Below are positions 25,720-41,800 of a stretch of DNA of 64,000 nt, in pieces; the stretch's first letter is position 1; each line of letters starts with the position of its first letter. Below the pieces are notes generated by a model. It was given only the letters and a program-made list of their open reading frames with translations. It did no database searches and was not told the DNA's origin. The DNA is from Eledone cirrhosa (Eukaryota): NCBI GenBank assembly GCA_964016885.1, contig OZ024741.1, positions 186,372,001 to 186,436,000 of the forward strand, given 5' to 3'. A program made the translations under genes and the position numbers.

Positions 25720-26861
25720 TATATATATATATATGTGTGTGTGTGTATTATATGTATGTATGTATATATATAGATATATATATAAGGTAAATTATATAAG
25801 TTCACTAGCAAAGGTACCAGGCATAAACTTTAGTGCCAGTAGACATGGCTACACTATACTAGATAAAACGCAATTATGATCAAGTCTTACTCCTAGTTAT
25901 ATTGTCTGATATGCATTGTTCCTTAGGGCTAAATAATCTGCTAAATTAGATGTTGTTGAGAAGAAAGGCTTGATAGTATTTTTCTTCAGCAGGTTATGTT
26001 ATTATGTGATTGTGGAAATTTTTATCAATTACACCAAAGAAATATTTATGTATATTTGAAGCTACATGTTTACTATATTGTTGGACTTCTAAAGTCTAAT
26101 GATTGCAAGTTTAACGAAGGAAAGCGGGAATTCAGTTCATTATTGTTGCTATGTGAATTATTATTACTGGATTTAGGGATTTTAAGCAGCTTGCTGCAGT
26201 TTATATCGTGAACCTTTGTCGAATTTGAAAGTTTATGGCGTTGAAGCGTATGCGGTGTCATATCTCTCCCTCTATCCTTATTTCAATTCCTATCCTTACA
26301 ATCGTTTTCGTTACTATTAGTTATATTTCTATTATTGCTCACATATCTATTGTTGTTAGCATACGCACATTCTTTCATACTCATACTATCCCTAATTGTG
26401 TAAGATGCGATAATTACAGTCTTAATAGAAGAGACATTAGCATGGTCAATGGCCTTATCGTTTGTATCGATTCGGTTAGATTCTAAATCTAGATCATATT
26501 TAATCTACGTAATGAGCTATTGTAAGTAATTATATTTGCATTTCTATGCCTACAGTTATTTTTATCTATGTTGTATTGGATTTACTCATTATCTCCTAAT
26601 CTAGTTAGCGCCTCATTGTAATATTGTGCGTTTTGGTTACATTAGAGCATAGCCTTGATATTTTATGCAATTTTTACTATAGAATTAACTATAGATTCAG
26701 TGTGGTTTGAGAAATTATTTACATAGATGAGGTGCTAACCGGGTTTAAGATAAGCCTGATATCTGATTCAAAGTTGACATCTAGGAAACGAACTACGTTA
26801 CTATTTACATAAACCGTCATATTTAACCGATTTTCCTTAACGATTTTTTTTATTATTTTAG

Positions 26862-26976
<115 letters not shown>

Positions 26977-27021
26977 CATGTATATACATGTATATACATA
27001 CATATACATACACACACACAA

Positions 27022-27100
<79 letters not shown>

Positions 27101-27740
27101 AAAAGAGTCAGGACACCGACGGCTGAGCTCCGGCCGTTTCGACAGCTAGATCTGTATGTGTATGTATGAGTGTGTGTTGTTAATGTAATCGTATTCAATT
27201 CCGTGGATAATGCTTTACCGTTCGAGATCCCATGACCACACAAGATAGTGAATCGTTCATTATCAGAAACCAATTAATATTAGCATAATGTGGTTTTGTA
27301 TGAAAGAAGGAATCATAAATGAATTGGAGATCGGATCCACAAGGCGTATAAAATCAAACAAATTATACACAACACAGTTAAATATGATAGTCCGAATAAG
27401 CCATATGTGTGTGTATGTGTTTATGAATGTATGTATAAATATATATTACATATATATTACATGCCAACCAAGAGCAAGAATTATGGAATCATTCTACTGA
27501 CATGGCTTTAAAGAGGATGTTTGCATAATCGGATAATATTATTATTAATATTCGAAAAACTAAGATTACATTTGTTGTATTCAGCCATGTAGAGCGATAA
27601 TTATTTGTTATATATATATATATATATATATTGGTAAACGGAATAGAAAATGCTGACAAATTGTTCCCAGTGAAAAATAGTTTAATTAGAAATAAGTAAA
27701 AATTAGTAATAGTATTGGTTAGTATTCAGTTTTGGTTTTA

Positions 27741-27780
27741 AGTTTTACCGGTTGCGCATTTCTAATGCTTTTCAAAAATA
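27741..27780 (-). ncRNA. degenerate hammerhead motif (U3-A8 family)
   Basis: Minus strand: TTT-TTGAAAA-GCAT tagaa ATGC-GCAA CCG GTA-AAA; GAAA is mutated to GCAA. Confidence 0.5.
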
Positions 27781-28132
27781 ATTTTGAGATAGAGCGCCCG
27801 TGATGTTTGCTTTAATCTGATTAGTTTTGGAAATTCTACCTGTTTTATGTGAAAGAATAAGTTTCGCGCCAATTCGTGTTGCAAAAGTTCTTGTGGTCAA
27901 AACAATTTTGATTGGTCGGTAGAGGTCATGCGAATGTTAAATATTGATTTTGCGCCAAATGTAGGTTTGTGTCGGCTGATTGAGAAGTCACTGAAAAATA
28001 AGTCTTTCAAGACAAATATATGTGTGTGTGTGTGTGTAGTAGTAGTAGTAAAGAGGTTCGTTGTTGTGATAATGGTCAGCAGGGATGTGTGTGCGAACCG
28101 CAGCCTGCTAACAGTTCAAATGCCTATTAAGA

Positions 28133-28181
<49 letters not shown>

Positions 28182-28325
28182 CAGAGTAATTCGTGGTAGA
28201 GGGATGGTCAGTAGGAATGTGTCTGTACGTGTGTGGGGGATATGTTAACATCTCTTGTCTTATACAGAGAAGTGTGTGTGTGTGTGTGTATATGTCTCTT
28301 TGTATGTTAATGTACGCGTGTGTAT

Positions 28326-28440
<115 letters not shown>

Positions 28441-28629
28441 AATGGGGGGGGGGACCAGTATTTTTGTGATACTGGTAAAAATGGTGTATATTATTCGATA
28501 TTTTCAGTAAAAACGATTCTCTCAATAGAACATCAAAAACCTTAATAATATATATATTCAAGGGAGTGTAAACACAGAAAATATCTTTAAAAATAATAAT
28601 AAATAATTAAATTCCAAAAAGTTCACTGC

Positions 28630-30240
28630 GTATTTTCAGCACTGTGGGCACCTAGCGCACTATCATCAGCGAACAGCATCTTTCACACTAGGATCTTGTT
28701 AGTTCGTCTCTTTGCTTTAAAATGTGCTAAATTGAATAGATTGGCATCATACCGTGTCTGGATATGAATATCCACTCTTGCCTTCTTCGAAGGCAACTTT
28801 CAAAATTGCAGCGACATAGAGAGATAATAGTGCTGAAGCAAGACCCACCCTTGTTAAACTCCATTTGTTACCGTAAACTCGATTGACGTGCTGGTACCTC
28901 GTGACATAAATGCCTGTATTCATTCGTTTATAAACCTGACCAAGATGATGAACCTTCCCAGGATAACCATGTTTCTTAAGAACTTATCAAAATCCATCAC
29001 CGGATATTGTGTCAAAAGCCTATGTGAAGTATATGAACATTGCATACATAAGAATGGTCTGATCAATGCATTTTCGTCTGTTTGGCAAAGACAGAAAATT
29101 ATGTCCACAATACTTCTGCCCCCACGGAAGCCACAACGTGCTTAGAGTAACACATGTGGACAGATATACTCACTTATTCTGTTTAATAGAATATGAGCCA
29201 AGCTCTCCCCAGCTATTGTTAGTAGAGATATTCCTCGGTAGTTTCCACAGTCCATTCTTCAACCGTTTTTAAAGATAGGAACAATGCATGAGTCTTTTCA
29301 GTGTTGTGGAACTGTTTCTGTCTCCCAGATATGAGGCAGAATGCTATACATTCATTCCTTAAGCATCACACCTCTATGCTTCCAGATTTCAACGAGTAAG
29401 CCACATCTGCCAGGTGCTTTACCTTATTTTATTTGTTTGATTGCATAATTGAATTCCTTTAAAACAGGGTTGTCAATTACGGATCTGATGGCTGGTTGTT
29501 GTGTAACTATCTCGATAGCGATATAGGCCATGTCGCCTGGGATATTAATCAGGCTGTCAAAGTGATTGGTAAATTTATCAAGGATCACCGACTTTTCCTA
29601 GAGTATTGTTTTATCAATAACTGTGAATTTTTTTGTGTCTCTTTTCGTTGGCCCGTGTAAATCTCGATGTCCAGAGTATAAGGCTTTCATATCGTTTTTT
29701 CAGCATAATGCTGTAGTTCTTCAGCTTTGGCCTCCCATCAATCGGATTTTAGTTTCCTAGTATGTTATCGCAGTTTCCTTCTTGCTTCCACCAGTTTTCC
29801 TCTGTTTGACCTTATGTTGATATTTATCTGCCTTACCCTTACAATGTTCCATTACTCTAACAGAGTCTTCAGTTGGATGTGGTTTTCGTCGAACCAGTCT
29901 TGATGTTTTCCATACGTTTGTCTAGGACTTGTTGACCTGTTTCATATGGAGTCGATTTGAGGATGCTCCATTTTTCTTTGATTTCCTTATCTTTCCATCC
30001 TTCTAAAGCCTTCTCAAGCTGTTCCTGCAATTCATGTTTCACTTTGGGGTCTCTAAGTTTCATGATGTTTAGCTTAATTTTTAGTCGACCCTTTGCCCTT
30101 ATGCTTCGTTTTCTGATGGCAAAGCCAACATTTGATCTGATCAGGTGGTGGTCGGTAGAGCAGTCTGCACTTCTCATGTCTCTTGAATACAAGATATCTT
30201 GCATTCGCAATCGTATTCTTTCGCTCATTAGCCAACACTC
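28630..30240 (-). mobile_element. RTE-clade LINE fragment (endonuclease end to RT)
   Basis: MRSADCSTDHHLIRS..KLNIMKLRD; LFADDSAL near 28655-28678; multiple stops and frameshifts. Confidence 0.85.
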
Positions 30241-31070
30241 ATCTCCATAGTCAAGAGCTAGCGCGAATAGCGAATTGAAAGTAGCGAGTTTGGCTTTTAC
30301 ACCTACCTCCTTTCTTTCTTCTGAAGACCGAATGCTGCAAGTGGTGCATTACAGCACCATCCCCAGCATTACTTGCACTTAACTCAGCCTCCTGCTTTCC
30401 ATCACACGTGAACGCGGCCCCGAGATACTTGAACCTCAGCACCTGCATTAGTGGAACTCCATTCACATGTAGAGTGCACTGTGCAGGCTTCCTTTGGAGG
30501 ACGGGTTTCTCAGTTTTCGCATCACTGATATTGATTCTAGCCATGAAGCAGTCGACATCAAACCTATGGAGGACAAATTGGAGATAGACTTTTGTCGAGT
30601 TAAGTAAGACAATGTCGTTTGTAAGTTCTAGCCGACTGATTTTATACCCCCAGTCGGGATATCACTTCCATCCCGGCTGCGCATGTCAATCCTGTTCATG
30701 TAAATAATTAACAGGAGAGGTGAATGTACAAACCCTTGGCGGAGTCCGACTCCCTCATTGAACGGTTTCGATTTAGCACCATTTATCCGAACATAGATAG
30801 TAGAGCATTCATATAGAGACATCAGGGCAACAAGAAGCTGACCATCGATCTCAAACTCCTGCACATCCTTCCACAGCAAGTCCCTTGGAACGCGGTCATA
30901 TGCCTTTTCAAGATCTACAAAACAAGAATACACCTCTTCGCCATACTCATACGACTTCTCGAAGACCTGATGTAGTGTGAATATTTGGTTGACTGTGCTG
31001 CATCCGTGGCACTGTTCATCCGCTTGCGCTTGGATTCAACAATCTCCTTGCATCTCTTTGCCAGACCTGA
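30240..31070 (-). mobile_element. second RTE-like LINE RT fragment
   Basis: CFVDLEKAYDRVPR, GLRQGFVHSPLL and FKYLG motifs. Confidence 0.88.
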
Positions 31071-31739
31071 TTTGCTAAAAATAGAAAATAAACTTGACTC
31101 TACTCACAGCCTATGCGTTATCGGCTCAAAAACACAAACAAAAATATTGAAAGATTGATTAAAGAAAAAATATAATGATCATATGGGAGAACTTTCATCG
31201 CCTGGCTTCTTCGGTGTAAAAAAGAGCAACATTAATATAAACAACAAATCATTATCTTAGCGTAATTATAACTCTTTGTTTCATTGAACATTGTACTTTG
31301 ATGAAAAGATTTTCTCATTCACGAATTCAAACGTTTACTAAGAAATACATACGTACTAGATAAAACTCGACACTTCAATTGAAATTAAATTAATGTATTT
31401 TCTGAGAAATACCAAATACAAAATTGATTTTCTCCTTCACAATTGTAAAATAAAAGACGAATCAAAACGAAGTCTGTAGATTCTTTCATGTTTTATTAAT
31501 ATCTGCCAGGGATATAATTATCCTTATTGGCATCAGAATAGCGATCCATAAGATATATTATAAAATACTCACTAACTCTAAAAGTGGAATATATATATGT
31601 TTATCCCCCTCTCCATATTTGTGTATATGTATATATATATATATATATATGTTTATATATATATATATATATTATATATATATGTGTGTGTGTGTGTGTG
31701 TTTGTGTATGTACGTATGTATGTATATATATATATATAC

Positions 31740-31773
<34 letters not shown>

Positions 31774-32789
31774 CTCTGTGTGTGTGGATGCGTGCGTGTT
31801 TGAGTATGTGTGTATGCGTGTGTGTATTTGTACGTGTACATATACATGAACTAACGCACATACATACATATATATATATATATGTGTGTGTGTGTGCATG
31901 TATGTACATATATATAACGAGTGTGTGTATGAGTATATTTGAGCGTTTATGTGCCATCAATCTTTGTAACCAAAAAAAAATTGATCACATCCGCCCATTT
32001 ATTATCATTCTATTTTATCCTAATATCCCATCTGGCACATCCAATTAACTTCCACCACCTTCTTGTATATCTTCAAACATGAGTTAGAAACATGCTTTTC
32101 CCAATTTCTTCATCCTCTAACCACAACCACTACCACTTCACTTCTTGTTTGATTATTAATCAGTTCATAATACTACTTTATACGAGGGCCGGTATTAACG
32201 TGGAGTCATTGATTGCATTCAGGGATGTTTCATAAAAGCGACTGATTTTCGTAAAATTAGATATATTTTCTCATCTCCAATACATACCTTTCTGATGCCA
32301 AATTTGTATTTTTTATTGCCCCCCCCCCCCCCTCTCTCTCTCTATCTCTCTCCATTTCTCTCTCTCCCTCTCGTCCCCTCTCTCTCTTTCTTTCTCTGTC
32401 CCGTTTTACTCTCCCGTCTTCCCTCTTCCCATTTCTTTAAACCCACAATGTGATCCAAGTCTCATTTTTTAACAACATTTCTAGGTCTAGATGTTGTTGT
32501 TGTTATATGTCCCTTATAATAAGGTAAAGTGGAACACAGAAAAATTGGACGATGAATAATAAAGGACGGTGAAAAATGAAGAACAAACTGATAGAGGCAA
32601 GCCACAAGAGAGGGAGATTCGAGAGTAATGGTTATGGGTAGAAAGAGATTTGTAAAAACGAGAAGGTGGAAGTAGATAAAGGAGGAATAGAAAAATAAGA
32701 TCATAACGAAGAATGGAGGGAGAGTAGCAGGCAGGGGTGTGTAGGTCACGCCAAAATTCGACGATTAACTGTGCACATTAATATATTCA

Positions 32790-33000
32790 AGTACCGGTCA
32801 CTCTCCCACAGGTTTGCGGTCGTACCCTTGGCAGTGGAGAGTTCTGGTGTCCTTGGGCCTAGGACTACCTCCCTACTCACCATCATAGGCGCTGAGCTGG
32901 CCAGCCGCAGGTGTAATCCTCGCGAGATAGAATGGTTCTTCCAGCGCACCTCCCTTACCATCCTCCGGGGAAACGCCTTCTCCATTCTGTCCACCGAGGC
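32790..33000 (+). mobile_element. CRE-clade non-LTR retrotransposon C-terminal fragment
   Basis: FAVVPLAVESSGVLG...WFFQRTSLTILRGNAFSIL matches the restriction-like endonuclease C-terminus of CRE elements. Confidence 0.75.
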
Positions 33001-33170
33001 TGTGGGCCGGCCAGCACGTGGGACCCCATTTTCTCACTATACAGAGAGATGGGGAAGGTGAGAGAAATGGAGGCGATGGCGGTGGGAGTTCGGCTCTTCA
33101 GTGTTCGGACACATTGCAACTGTCAAGAGTGTATTTTCATACACACATGTATTTACACATGTATATATTG

Positions 33171-33312
<142 letters not shown>

Positions 33313-33493
33313 GGTGGCTGAAAACTCTGCTAAGAGTATTGCAATCGCTTGTCAGATTACAGAAAATTAAGCGCGTTTAGGCTACAGCCAGCCACACGAA
33401 TGTGTAACAGATCCTGAACAAGCAATGCCTGTGCTTTGAAGGTTTTTTAAGTGCGGAAAAGCCTTGCACTCGACCAATCCCACTCTCTGAACA

Positions 33494-33529
<36 letters not shown>

Positions 33530-34014
33530 CACACAGACACACACACACACGCACGCACACACACACACATACTCACACACACACACACATACATATATAT
33601 ATATATGTATATATTCATTCTTTATCACACAAACATCTTTCTTTACAAGCTTCCTATCAGTATCTTAGTCACTATAACGCCTATATATTCAAAATAAATC
33701 AAGAAATATACTGTGGATACATTTGTGAAATCGTATATGCACAACCCATATTTAAAACTAATTCTTTTAATCTTTTCTTTATACTCTTAGTGTTTTTAGT
33801 CGTTCAATTGAGATCAGGCTGTGAGCACCGCCTTGAAAGGATTTATTTAACTATATCGACCCCAGTATTTAATCGCTTCCTTATCTTATCGATCACCATC
33901 TGTCGATCTGCTAAGTTACGAGATATGCAACGTCCCGGGTGTTAGGTGGTGTTAACAGAAACACAGACCCCACACATATATATATTTTAAACACACTCAC
34001 ACACACACACACGC

Positions 34015-34846
<832 letters not shown>

Positions 34847-34886
34847 GATATTAAATAAACGTAAACTATATTTATAAAACCATATT

Positions 34887-34947
34887 TATTCTATTATATA
34901 TATTTCAAGGGTACCAAAACTTTGGTACGCTCTCATCAGATAAAATA
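34887..34947 (-). ncRNA. type I hammerhead ribozyme motif
   Basis: Inverted copy of 35024-35084. Confidence 0.8.
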
Positions 34948-35023
34948 CAAAGTTTGTTTTATAAATATTGACATAACCAGGAAGAAGATCTTAACGGTTC
35001 AAGTTTTTCCTAGAAAAACTTTG

Positions 35024-35084
35024 TATTTTATCTGATGAGAGGGCACCAAAGTTTTGGTACCCTTGAAATATATATAATAGAATA
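35024..35084 (+). ncRNA. type I hammerhead ribozyme motif
   Basis: TATTTTAT-CTGATGA-GAGGGCACCAAAGTTTTGGTACCCTT-GAAAT ATAT ATA-ATAGAATA; 8-bp stem I, long stem II. Confidence 0.85.
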
Positions 35085-35393
35085 AATATGGTTTTATAAA
35101 TATAGTTTCCGTTTATTTAATATCATTGAATATTATACTCCAGAAAATAGTCGAGTGCTTCGAATCAGTTATAAACATTTATATCTGTTGAATTACCAAC
35201 AAATTAAATATCCCTTTTGCTTATATATATATATAGAGAGAGAGAGATTTTGAGTTTATGTTGGTTGTATACCAACACCTCAGTATGCAGGCTGGAGCAC
35301 TCGACGAAGTGCGCAGGTTGGTTTGGTTACTCCGGAGTAGTGTAAAATAAAGTTAAATAAAAGTCAAATGATTAAAATTTAGCTTCGTTTATT

Positions 35394-35448
35394 ACTGCTA
35401 TATATATTTCAGTGACTGCCATCTTTGGCTGTGACCTCTTCAGGCAGT
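35394..35448 (-). ncRNA. type I hammerhead ribozyme motif
   Basis: Inverted copy of 35670-35724. Confidence 0.8.
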
Positions 35449-35669
35449 TTCAATTAGTATGGTATAGACAAGTACATATGTTGTTTAGGTGTATGATATT
35501 GTCAATACTCTGATATGCCCAGTTCCTTGTTGGGTTGTCAATTCACTGGGGAATATGACTCCAGTTCCCCAGTGAATTAACAACCCAACAAGGAACTGGG
35601 CATATCAGAGTATTGACAATATCATACACCTAAACAACATATGTACTTGTCTATACCATACTAATTCAA

Positions 35670-35724
35670 ACTGCCTGAAGAGGTCACAGCCAAAGATGGC
35701 TGTCACTGAAATATATATAGCAGT
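35670..35724 (+). ncRNA. type I hammerhead ribozyme motif
   Basis: ACTGC-CTGAAGA-GGTCACAGCC aaagat GGCTGTCACT-GAAAT ATAT ATA-GCAGT. Confidence 0.85.
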
Positions 35725-35768
35725 AATAAACGAAGCTAAATTTTAATCATTTGACTTTTATTTAACTT

Positions 35769-35844
<76 letters not shown>

Positions 35845-37566
35845 CGGGCTTTCGCAGAGATTCCGTTTCAAGGCATTGATCAAGAAGACACTTATCAAAA
35901 GTGCCTTGTTGCAGGACTGAAGCCGAAACTATATGGTTTCTATGCGAACTTATTCACTACACAACAATTGTTAATATAATAAAGGTGATTCAAGGAATAT
36001 TAACTTTTGTAAATACGTACATTTCGATATATAAATCTACTTGATACGATATGTAATTACTAAAATTATTTAGTTCGGCTGCGTAAACAGATACAAGGTA
36101 TTCAGTATCTTTTCAAAGGCTGCAGGCTAAATGGCTACACATATGCATACATTCTACTAGGCAACGTGGCGGATTGCTATGCATAAAGTAATTTCAGAAA
36201 TTTGTTCTCATATGCATCTGTAATATACTTGAAAATCTATTACACTGAATATTGAAACGTAAGTACAAGCATAACAATTAACGTTCCGTTAATATATATT
36301 GATACATCATATAAAGCTTTAACCAATTCTGCTTAATAAGCATTTGTTTTCTAAACAAATATATTTTGAAGTACTTCCCTTATTATTTTGTGTGTGAAGT
36401 AGACACCATTATTATTTAGCAGAAGCCATTATGTTGTGTGTGTGTGTCTAAATTATCTGTGAAGGGTAATTGAAAAGGGTATGGTAAGAGTGGATGTAGC
36501 TGTGTATCAGAGAGAAAGACGGTGGTGATTGTAGTGGGGATTTCGCCGTCTTTATTGAAAAGTAAAGGTAAGTGTGTGTGTGCGAAGGGACTGGTGGTGG
36601 TTGTTGCGGTGGCAGCAACACCGAAATTCCTTGCTATAATAAGCATGAAAAATAAGAGTGTATCTGTAAGAGAGTGCACGAGAGAGTGAGAGGGAGAGAT
36701 AGAGAGAGAGAGAAAGAGAGAGAGATAGAGAGAAAGAGAGAGAGAGAAAACAAAGAAAGAAAGAATGATACTGACTTATATGGAAAAACGACCGTAGGTG
36801 CACCCGTTCTATTCGACAACTTCGTTTCAGTATTATATATTTGAGAGGGTGGTATTCAATATATTCCAGTTGATAAATCGAACTTGCGTACAGAGGCCGT
36901 ATATTTGGTTTGTGCTATTGGTTAACCCCATGTCATCCCTGACTAAACAGATCCATGATCAATGATACTCAAGCCATGTGGTATTTCATCCCTTTTAGTA
37001 CATCTAGGAATGTTACAGCTATTTTATAATGACGGAAGCGTGTAATTCGTTGGGGATTTGCTTGGATTTCGAGTACGTTGAGCAACCATATAGAGGTTTA
37101 ATAATATTCAAGTCTCGTTTGTGCCAGTTCTGCTTTAGTTGAACTTACGATCAAAGATATTCTAGACATGACCAGCCCACCTTTATTCAGGTATAGTTTA
37201 TGAGACCACGTTATCCAAAATGTTCTCTTTTTAATATAGCTTGGGAAGGCTGGTTTGCGTTTTGGGTGTTATAATAGATTCGTTGTTGTTATTTAATTCT
37301 TGCTCAAACCAGATTAAACACATATAAAGACTTTCTATACAAAACAATCCTATCTCTTTAGAGATTTCCTGGACTAAGTTTTGTCACTGCCGTTTGTCAG
37401 CTTTTTTTAATCAAATAAATTGATCACATACAAGCTCCGTCGTAAGCTGCTGTAATATTCTAGTTACTGGCTTTGTTCAAGATGTTATTGATATAGTCAT
37501 CATCATTTTTCTTGTCCGTATTGTTTTTGTTGTGATATGCTATTTCTGTTGCTTTTGTTGTTGGTT

Positions 37567-37610
<44 letters not shown>

Positions 37611-38059
37611 GAGTATGATGACAATGATCAAGTGGACATTTCCTAACACGTAGTTAATGGATCCTTTTTATAAACTACTTCCTTTCTATGACGACAGAGT
37701 AAATGTTTGCGAAGACTTGGCTGCTATTTCTAGCAGTGACATGCAACCCCAAAGAACAATGGTTCTCAATATGTTTTACTTCGGGGAGAACAGGAGATCA
37801 AATAACATTGACTGGCGTACTACCTATGCAAACGATCTTAAAAAATGTATTTAATACTTTAAAACTTCCGGAAAACTCTTCCTCTTTTTAATACTGACTA
37901 TCAGACGTGGCCAGATTTCTCCGTGTTCGTGTATATATACAATGAATAAAATCTTATAAATTCATTGTATATTCAATTGCAAATTGATTGAAGGGAACGT
38001 TTTTATCATGGTGTGCTGGCTTCGAATAATACCGCCCTCTGGTCCACACCGAAAGTTCT

Positions 38060-38260
38060 AACCGCTCTCCTTCAGAAACAGTCAGAACCCGCAGACGAGA
38101 ACAATGACATTATTGATCCTGACAGTAATTTACATGTTTCCGCTACAAAAGAGGATGTGATTGCTGCTCTGATATCCCTCATATGAAGCAGCAATGACAG
38201 GGTGGGTTGCCTGTGACCCGGCCACCTCAGGGACCTAATTTCGCCAAACACCACTGCGGC
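38060..38260 (+). mobile_element. possible CRE-clade pre-RT fragment, very degenerate
   Basis: EDVIAALISLI*SSNDRVGCL*PGHLRDLIS resembles V..I.SF..GS.GG.DGLRP.HL.DL. Confidence 0.4.
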
Positions 38261-38439
38261 TTGAGTACGTCGGCTTTGAATAATTACATTTCTAATGAGA
38301 AGTCATCTCCAGTTCCATCATCATCGCCTACGCAACAAACCTGAGTTCCGTTTCCTGGAACGCAATGGAGTGGAAGATAAACAAATACCGGGTTTTGGTC
38401 ATCCATTTCGTCTTCATTTTTTGTAGATCGGCTTTGCAG

Positions 38440-38612
38440 CATCAAGTTACATCTCTTTACGTTCTGAGTTCAAATCCCGCCGAGGTTAGCTTTGTCTCAC
38501 ATCCTTACGGGGTCAATAAAATAAAGTACTAGTAATGAACTAGGGTCGATTTACTCAACTTTCGCCTCCCCTTCAAAATTGCTGGGCTTGTTCCTAAAGT
38601 AGAAATAATTAT
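38440..38612 (+). mobile_element. abundant SINE copy (sense orientation)
   Basis: TTACGTTCTGAGTTCAAATCCCGCCGAGGTTAGCTTTG...ATAAAATAAAGTACTAG. Confidence 0.8.
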
Positions 38613-39696
38613 TAAACTTTTTAAACACTTTTATTATTGTACATTTCTGATATCTAGTAAATTCAGTTTTTGAAAAAATAACTATGAAAAGATACTGAAA
38701 GATTCCGTTTATCCAGATTTGTAGAGATAATCAGACGACGGTTCAAACTGAGCTTCACAAATAAGAGCAATATATATATATATATAACTTCAAATAAATT
38801 TTACTCATACATTTTATTTTTCCAAAATACTAAACTAAAAAACATAAATACTATTAATGAATTATACAATGTCCTTATTTTTGGAAAATGTCACATCGCT
38901 TATGAACTTCTTGAAAAGATGCGATCCTACTCCAAATTTCTGAGCATACATACATCGCATAGTTATATTATAAAACTGATGTATATTAAAATTATGAATA
39001 ACACGTTTTCCAAACTCTCAAACATTGTTATGAATTGTTAAAGTATCGCATGAGTTTCCTGCGACACGGCGTATGTTAACCATATGCGTAGAGGATAGCT
39101 GACTATTTCTTTTGATTGCTGCATTAATGTATTATGATGGACATTAGAGCTGTGTTCAGAAGTCATGTAAATGATGGGGTTGGTTCAATTATGATGGTAA
39201 ATATGATTGTAGAGGTGGTAACGATGATGGTGTTGGAGATGTTGTTGGTGGTGTTGTTGGGAATAATGATGGTTGCGATGGTGATGTTAGTGCTGAGGGT
39301 GTTGGTGGTGGTTGTGGCGATGGTAGCGGTGTTAATGGTTAATGGAGATGGTGGCGATGCTAATGCTGCTGTTAATGATAGGGATGCTGCTTGCGGTGGT
39401 GGTGGTGGTGGTGGTGGTGGTGGCGGTGATGTTGAAGAGTATTAGTGATCTTTATAATGATAGTAACGATAGTGTTTAGGATGTCATATGATATTGTTAT
39501 TGTTGGTAGTGTTGACAGTGATGGATATGGTGTTGATTGTGTTCGTTGTGGTCGTGGTATTGATATGATACTGCTGGTAGTAGTGGTGGTGGTAGAGACA
39601 CTAGTATTACTAGCATTGCTACTTGTGTTGCATGTTGATATGACGTTGATGGTGGGGTTTAATAGCGTGGCGGTGATGATGCAGGTAGTGCTAGTA

Positions 39697-39699
<3 letters not shown>

Positions 39700-39733
<34 letters not shown>

Positions 39734-39779
39734 TCTCTCTCTCTATCTCCTCCTCTCTCTCTCTCTCTCTCTCTATCTC

Positions 39780-39820
<41 letters not shown>

Positions 39821-39824
39821 ACAT

Positions 39825-39861
<37 letters not shown>

Positions 39862-39893
39862 TCTCTCCTCCTCTCTCTCTCTCTCTCCCTACA

Positions 39894-39939
<46 letters not shown>

Positions 39940-39960
39940 TCTCGCTCTCTCCCTCTCTCT
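39700..39960. repeat. (CT)n compound microsatellite
   Basis: Directly visible. Confidence 0.95.
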
Positions 39961-40268
39961 TTCCCACTTTTTAATCTCCTTTCTAAAACATTCTTGCACG
40001 AGATGCCATATAGTGGCCTTGAACCCGGAGAATCATGATTGCGTAGCCATTATTAAAACTTATTAGTCCTCAATAAATTGCCAATGGAGAAAAGTGTGGG
40101 GAGGAGAACCGGGAAGTTTTTCAAATGACGAAGAAAGACAATAAGAGAACGAGAGGCATGAATTCATTTGATATGATCTAAGCCCCGCGGGATATTTTTT
40201 CAAACTAATATGTATTTAAACTTTACATCACCTACGTTGTCAATTCTTTCCTCCCTTCTTGTCTTACT

Positions 40269-40357
<89 letters not shown>

Positions 40358-40718
40358 CTCTTTCCATGCTGTCTGTCTATATGGGACTTCTGTCTCTTCC
40401 AACTTCTCTTTCTCACTACAACTTCTGTGCATGATTTCTATTCATGTCTAATACGTTGGAATTTGTTTCTATCTCATCTTTCCAGTTGCAACACATTGGT
40501 TTGTAGCTACTTGTATTTTATTTATATTTACTTTTTTGTAAATAGTCGAAAGAGAACTCATCCTGTTTTCTGTCCAATTGTGACAGTGCCATGTGCACTG
40601 GAGCTAGGGGTATCGACCTAAAGGGCCCTAAACGAGGACCTGCAGATAACGACTGATGAGAATGGACTCTCCTGTGTTTTGCCCACTTAACCTTTGTCTT
40701 CGCCCACCTTCTTTGAAG

Positions 40719-40788
<70 letters not shown>

Positions 40789-40829
40789 GTGCGTGTGCGC
40801 GCGTATATGTGTGTGTGCGTGTGTGTGTG

Positions 40830-41800
40830 ACATGACGGTATTCGGTATATACCCAAAGAATTCAATTTAGAAAACGGAATTATCCAAGTCATCCAAACCC
40901 TTCATAAAGATGCCAACAGCACAGTCCTTTTGGGAAAACAAATGGGAAACCTCTTTCGGACAACTGTTAGTGTGAGATAGGTATGCGTACTTTCATCCAC
41001 ATTGTTCAACCTGTTTTAAAGCGAATCATGCAAGAAGCCCCCTAAAACCATGATACCTCAATCTCTGTCGATGGTAGACCCGTCAGTAACCTACATTTTG
41101 CAGACGACATTGACCTCATACCTGGCAGTAACAACGAGCCCCAAGACTTGACCAACAAACTTGTTGAAAGGGCGGGAGTTTATGGAATGAAAGTCAGTTC
41201 TGAGAAATCCAAAGTAATGGTAAATAGCATAAGTAGCTCAAGTGTCAACATCACCATGAATGGACATTTAAATACTTTGGAGCAGTCTTGTTAAAAGATG
41301 TTACCTGCAACGCAGAAATCCGCACATGGATTGCCGTAGCGATGACAGTGATGTCCAAATTGGCAAGACTATAGAGGAGCAACATCAGCTGCCAGAGCAA
41401 GTAGAGATTGTACAAATCGCTGGTAGTCTCCATGCTCCTTATATGTGCGTGAAACCTGGACACTTTTAACAGAAACAGAGAGAAAAGATCCAGGTGATTG
41501 TGGAGTGTAAAAGCAATGAATAAGTGCGGGAAAGGTTGAAAGTTTTCTGGGTCACCAGGTACCTCTTCTGTCACTGTCAAGAGGAGGAAACTGGCGGCAT
41601 TAGGCCACGTCACACGACATGACAGCCTGTGCAAAACCATCATGCAAGGCACCGTTGAAGATGGACGCAGGAAGGGACGCCATCGCAAAAACTGATTGTA
41701 CAATGTCAAAGAATGGACGCACATGATTACACCACATTTACAGACGGCCGACGGTGATAGACTATTTTGAATGTACGCTGCTTCTGCTTTCGGATGCACC
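40830..41800 (+). mobile_element. RTE-clade LINE 3' fragment
   Basis: FRTTVSVR*, NLHFADDIDL, FKYFG and GHVTRHDSLCKTIMQGTVEDGRRKGR motifs, interrupted by stops. Confidence 0.85.

Larger units (their letters stand above)
34838..35220. mobile_element. palindrome plus tail unit with a hammerhead in each arm
   Basis: Arms 34838-34955 and 35016-35133; tail 35134-35220, with a related tail at ~55302-55415. Confidence 0.9.
35249..35775. mobile_element. young palindrome plus tail unit with a hammerhead in each arm
   Basis: ~210-bp nearly identical arms 35343-35553 and 35565-35775; tail 35249-35342. Confidence 0.92.

Noticed and set aside
26720-26810. Possible hammerhead (TAGATGAGG...GAAACGAACTACGTT)
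   Set aside because: Core is mutated and no stem I pairing was found
39134-39700. Hydrophobic Val/Met-rich ORFs resembling membrane proteins
   Set aside because: Degenerate (GGT/GAT/GTT)n low-complexity sequence
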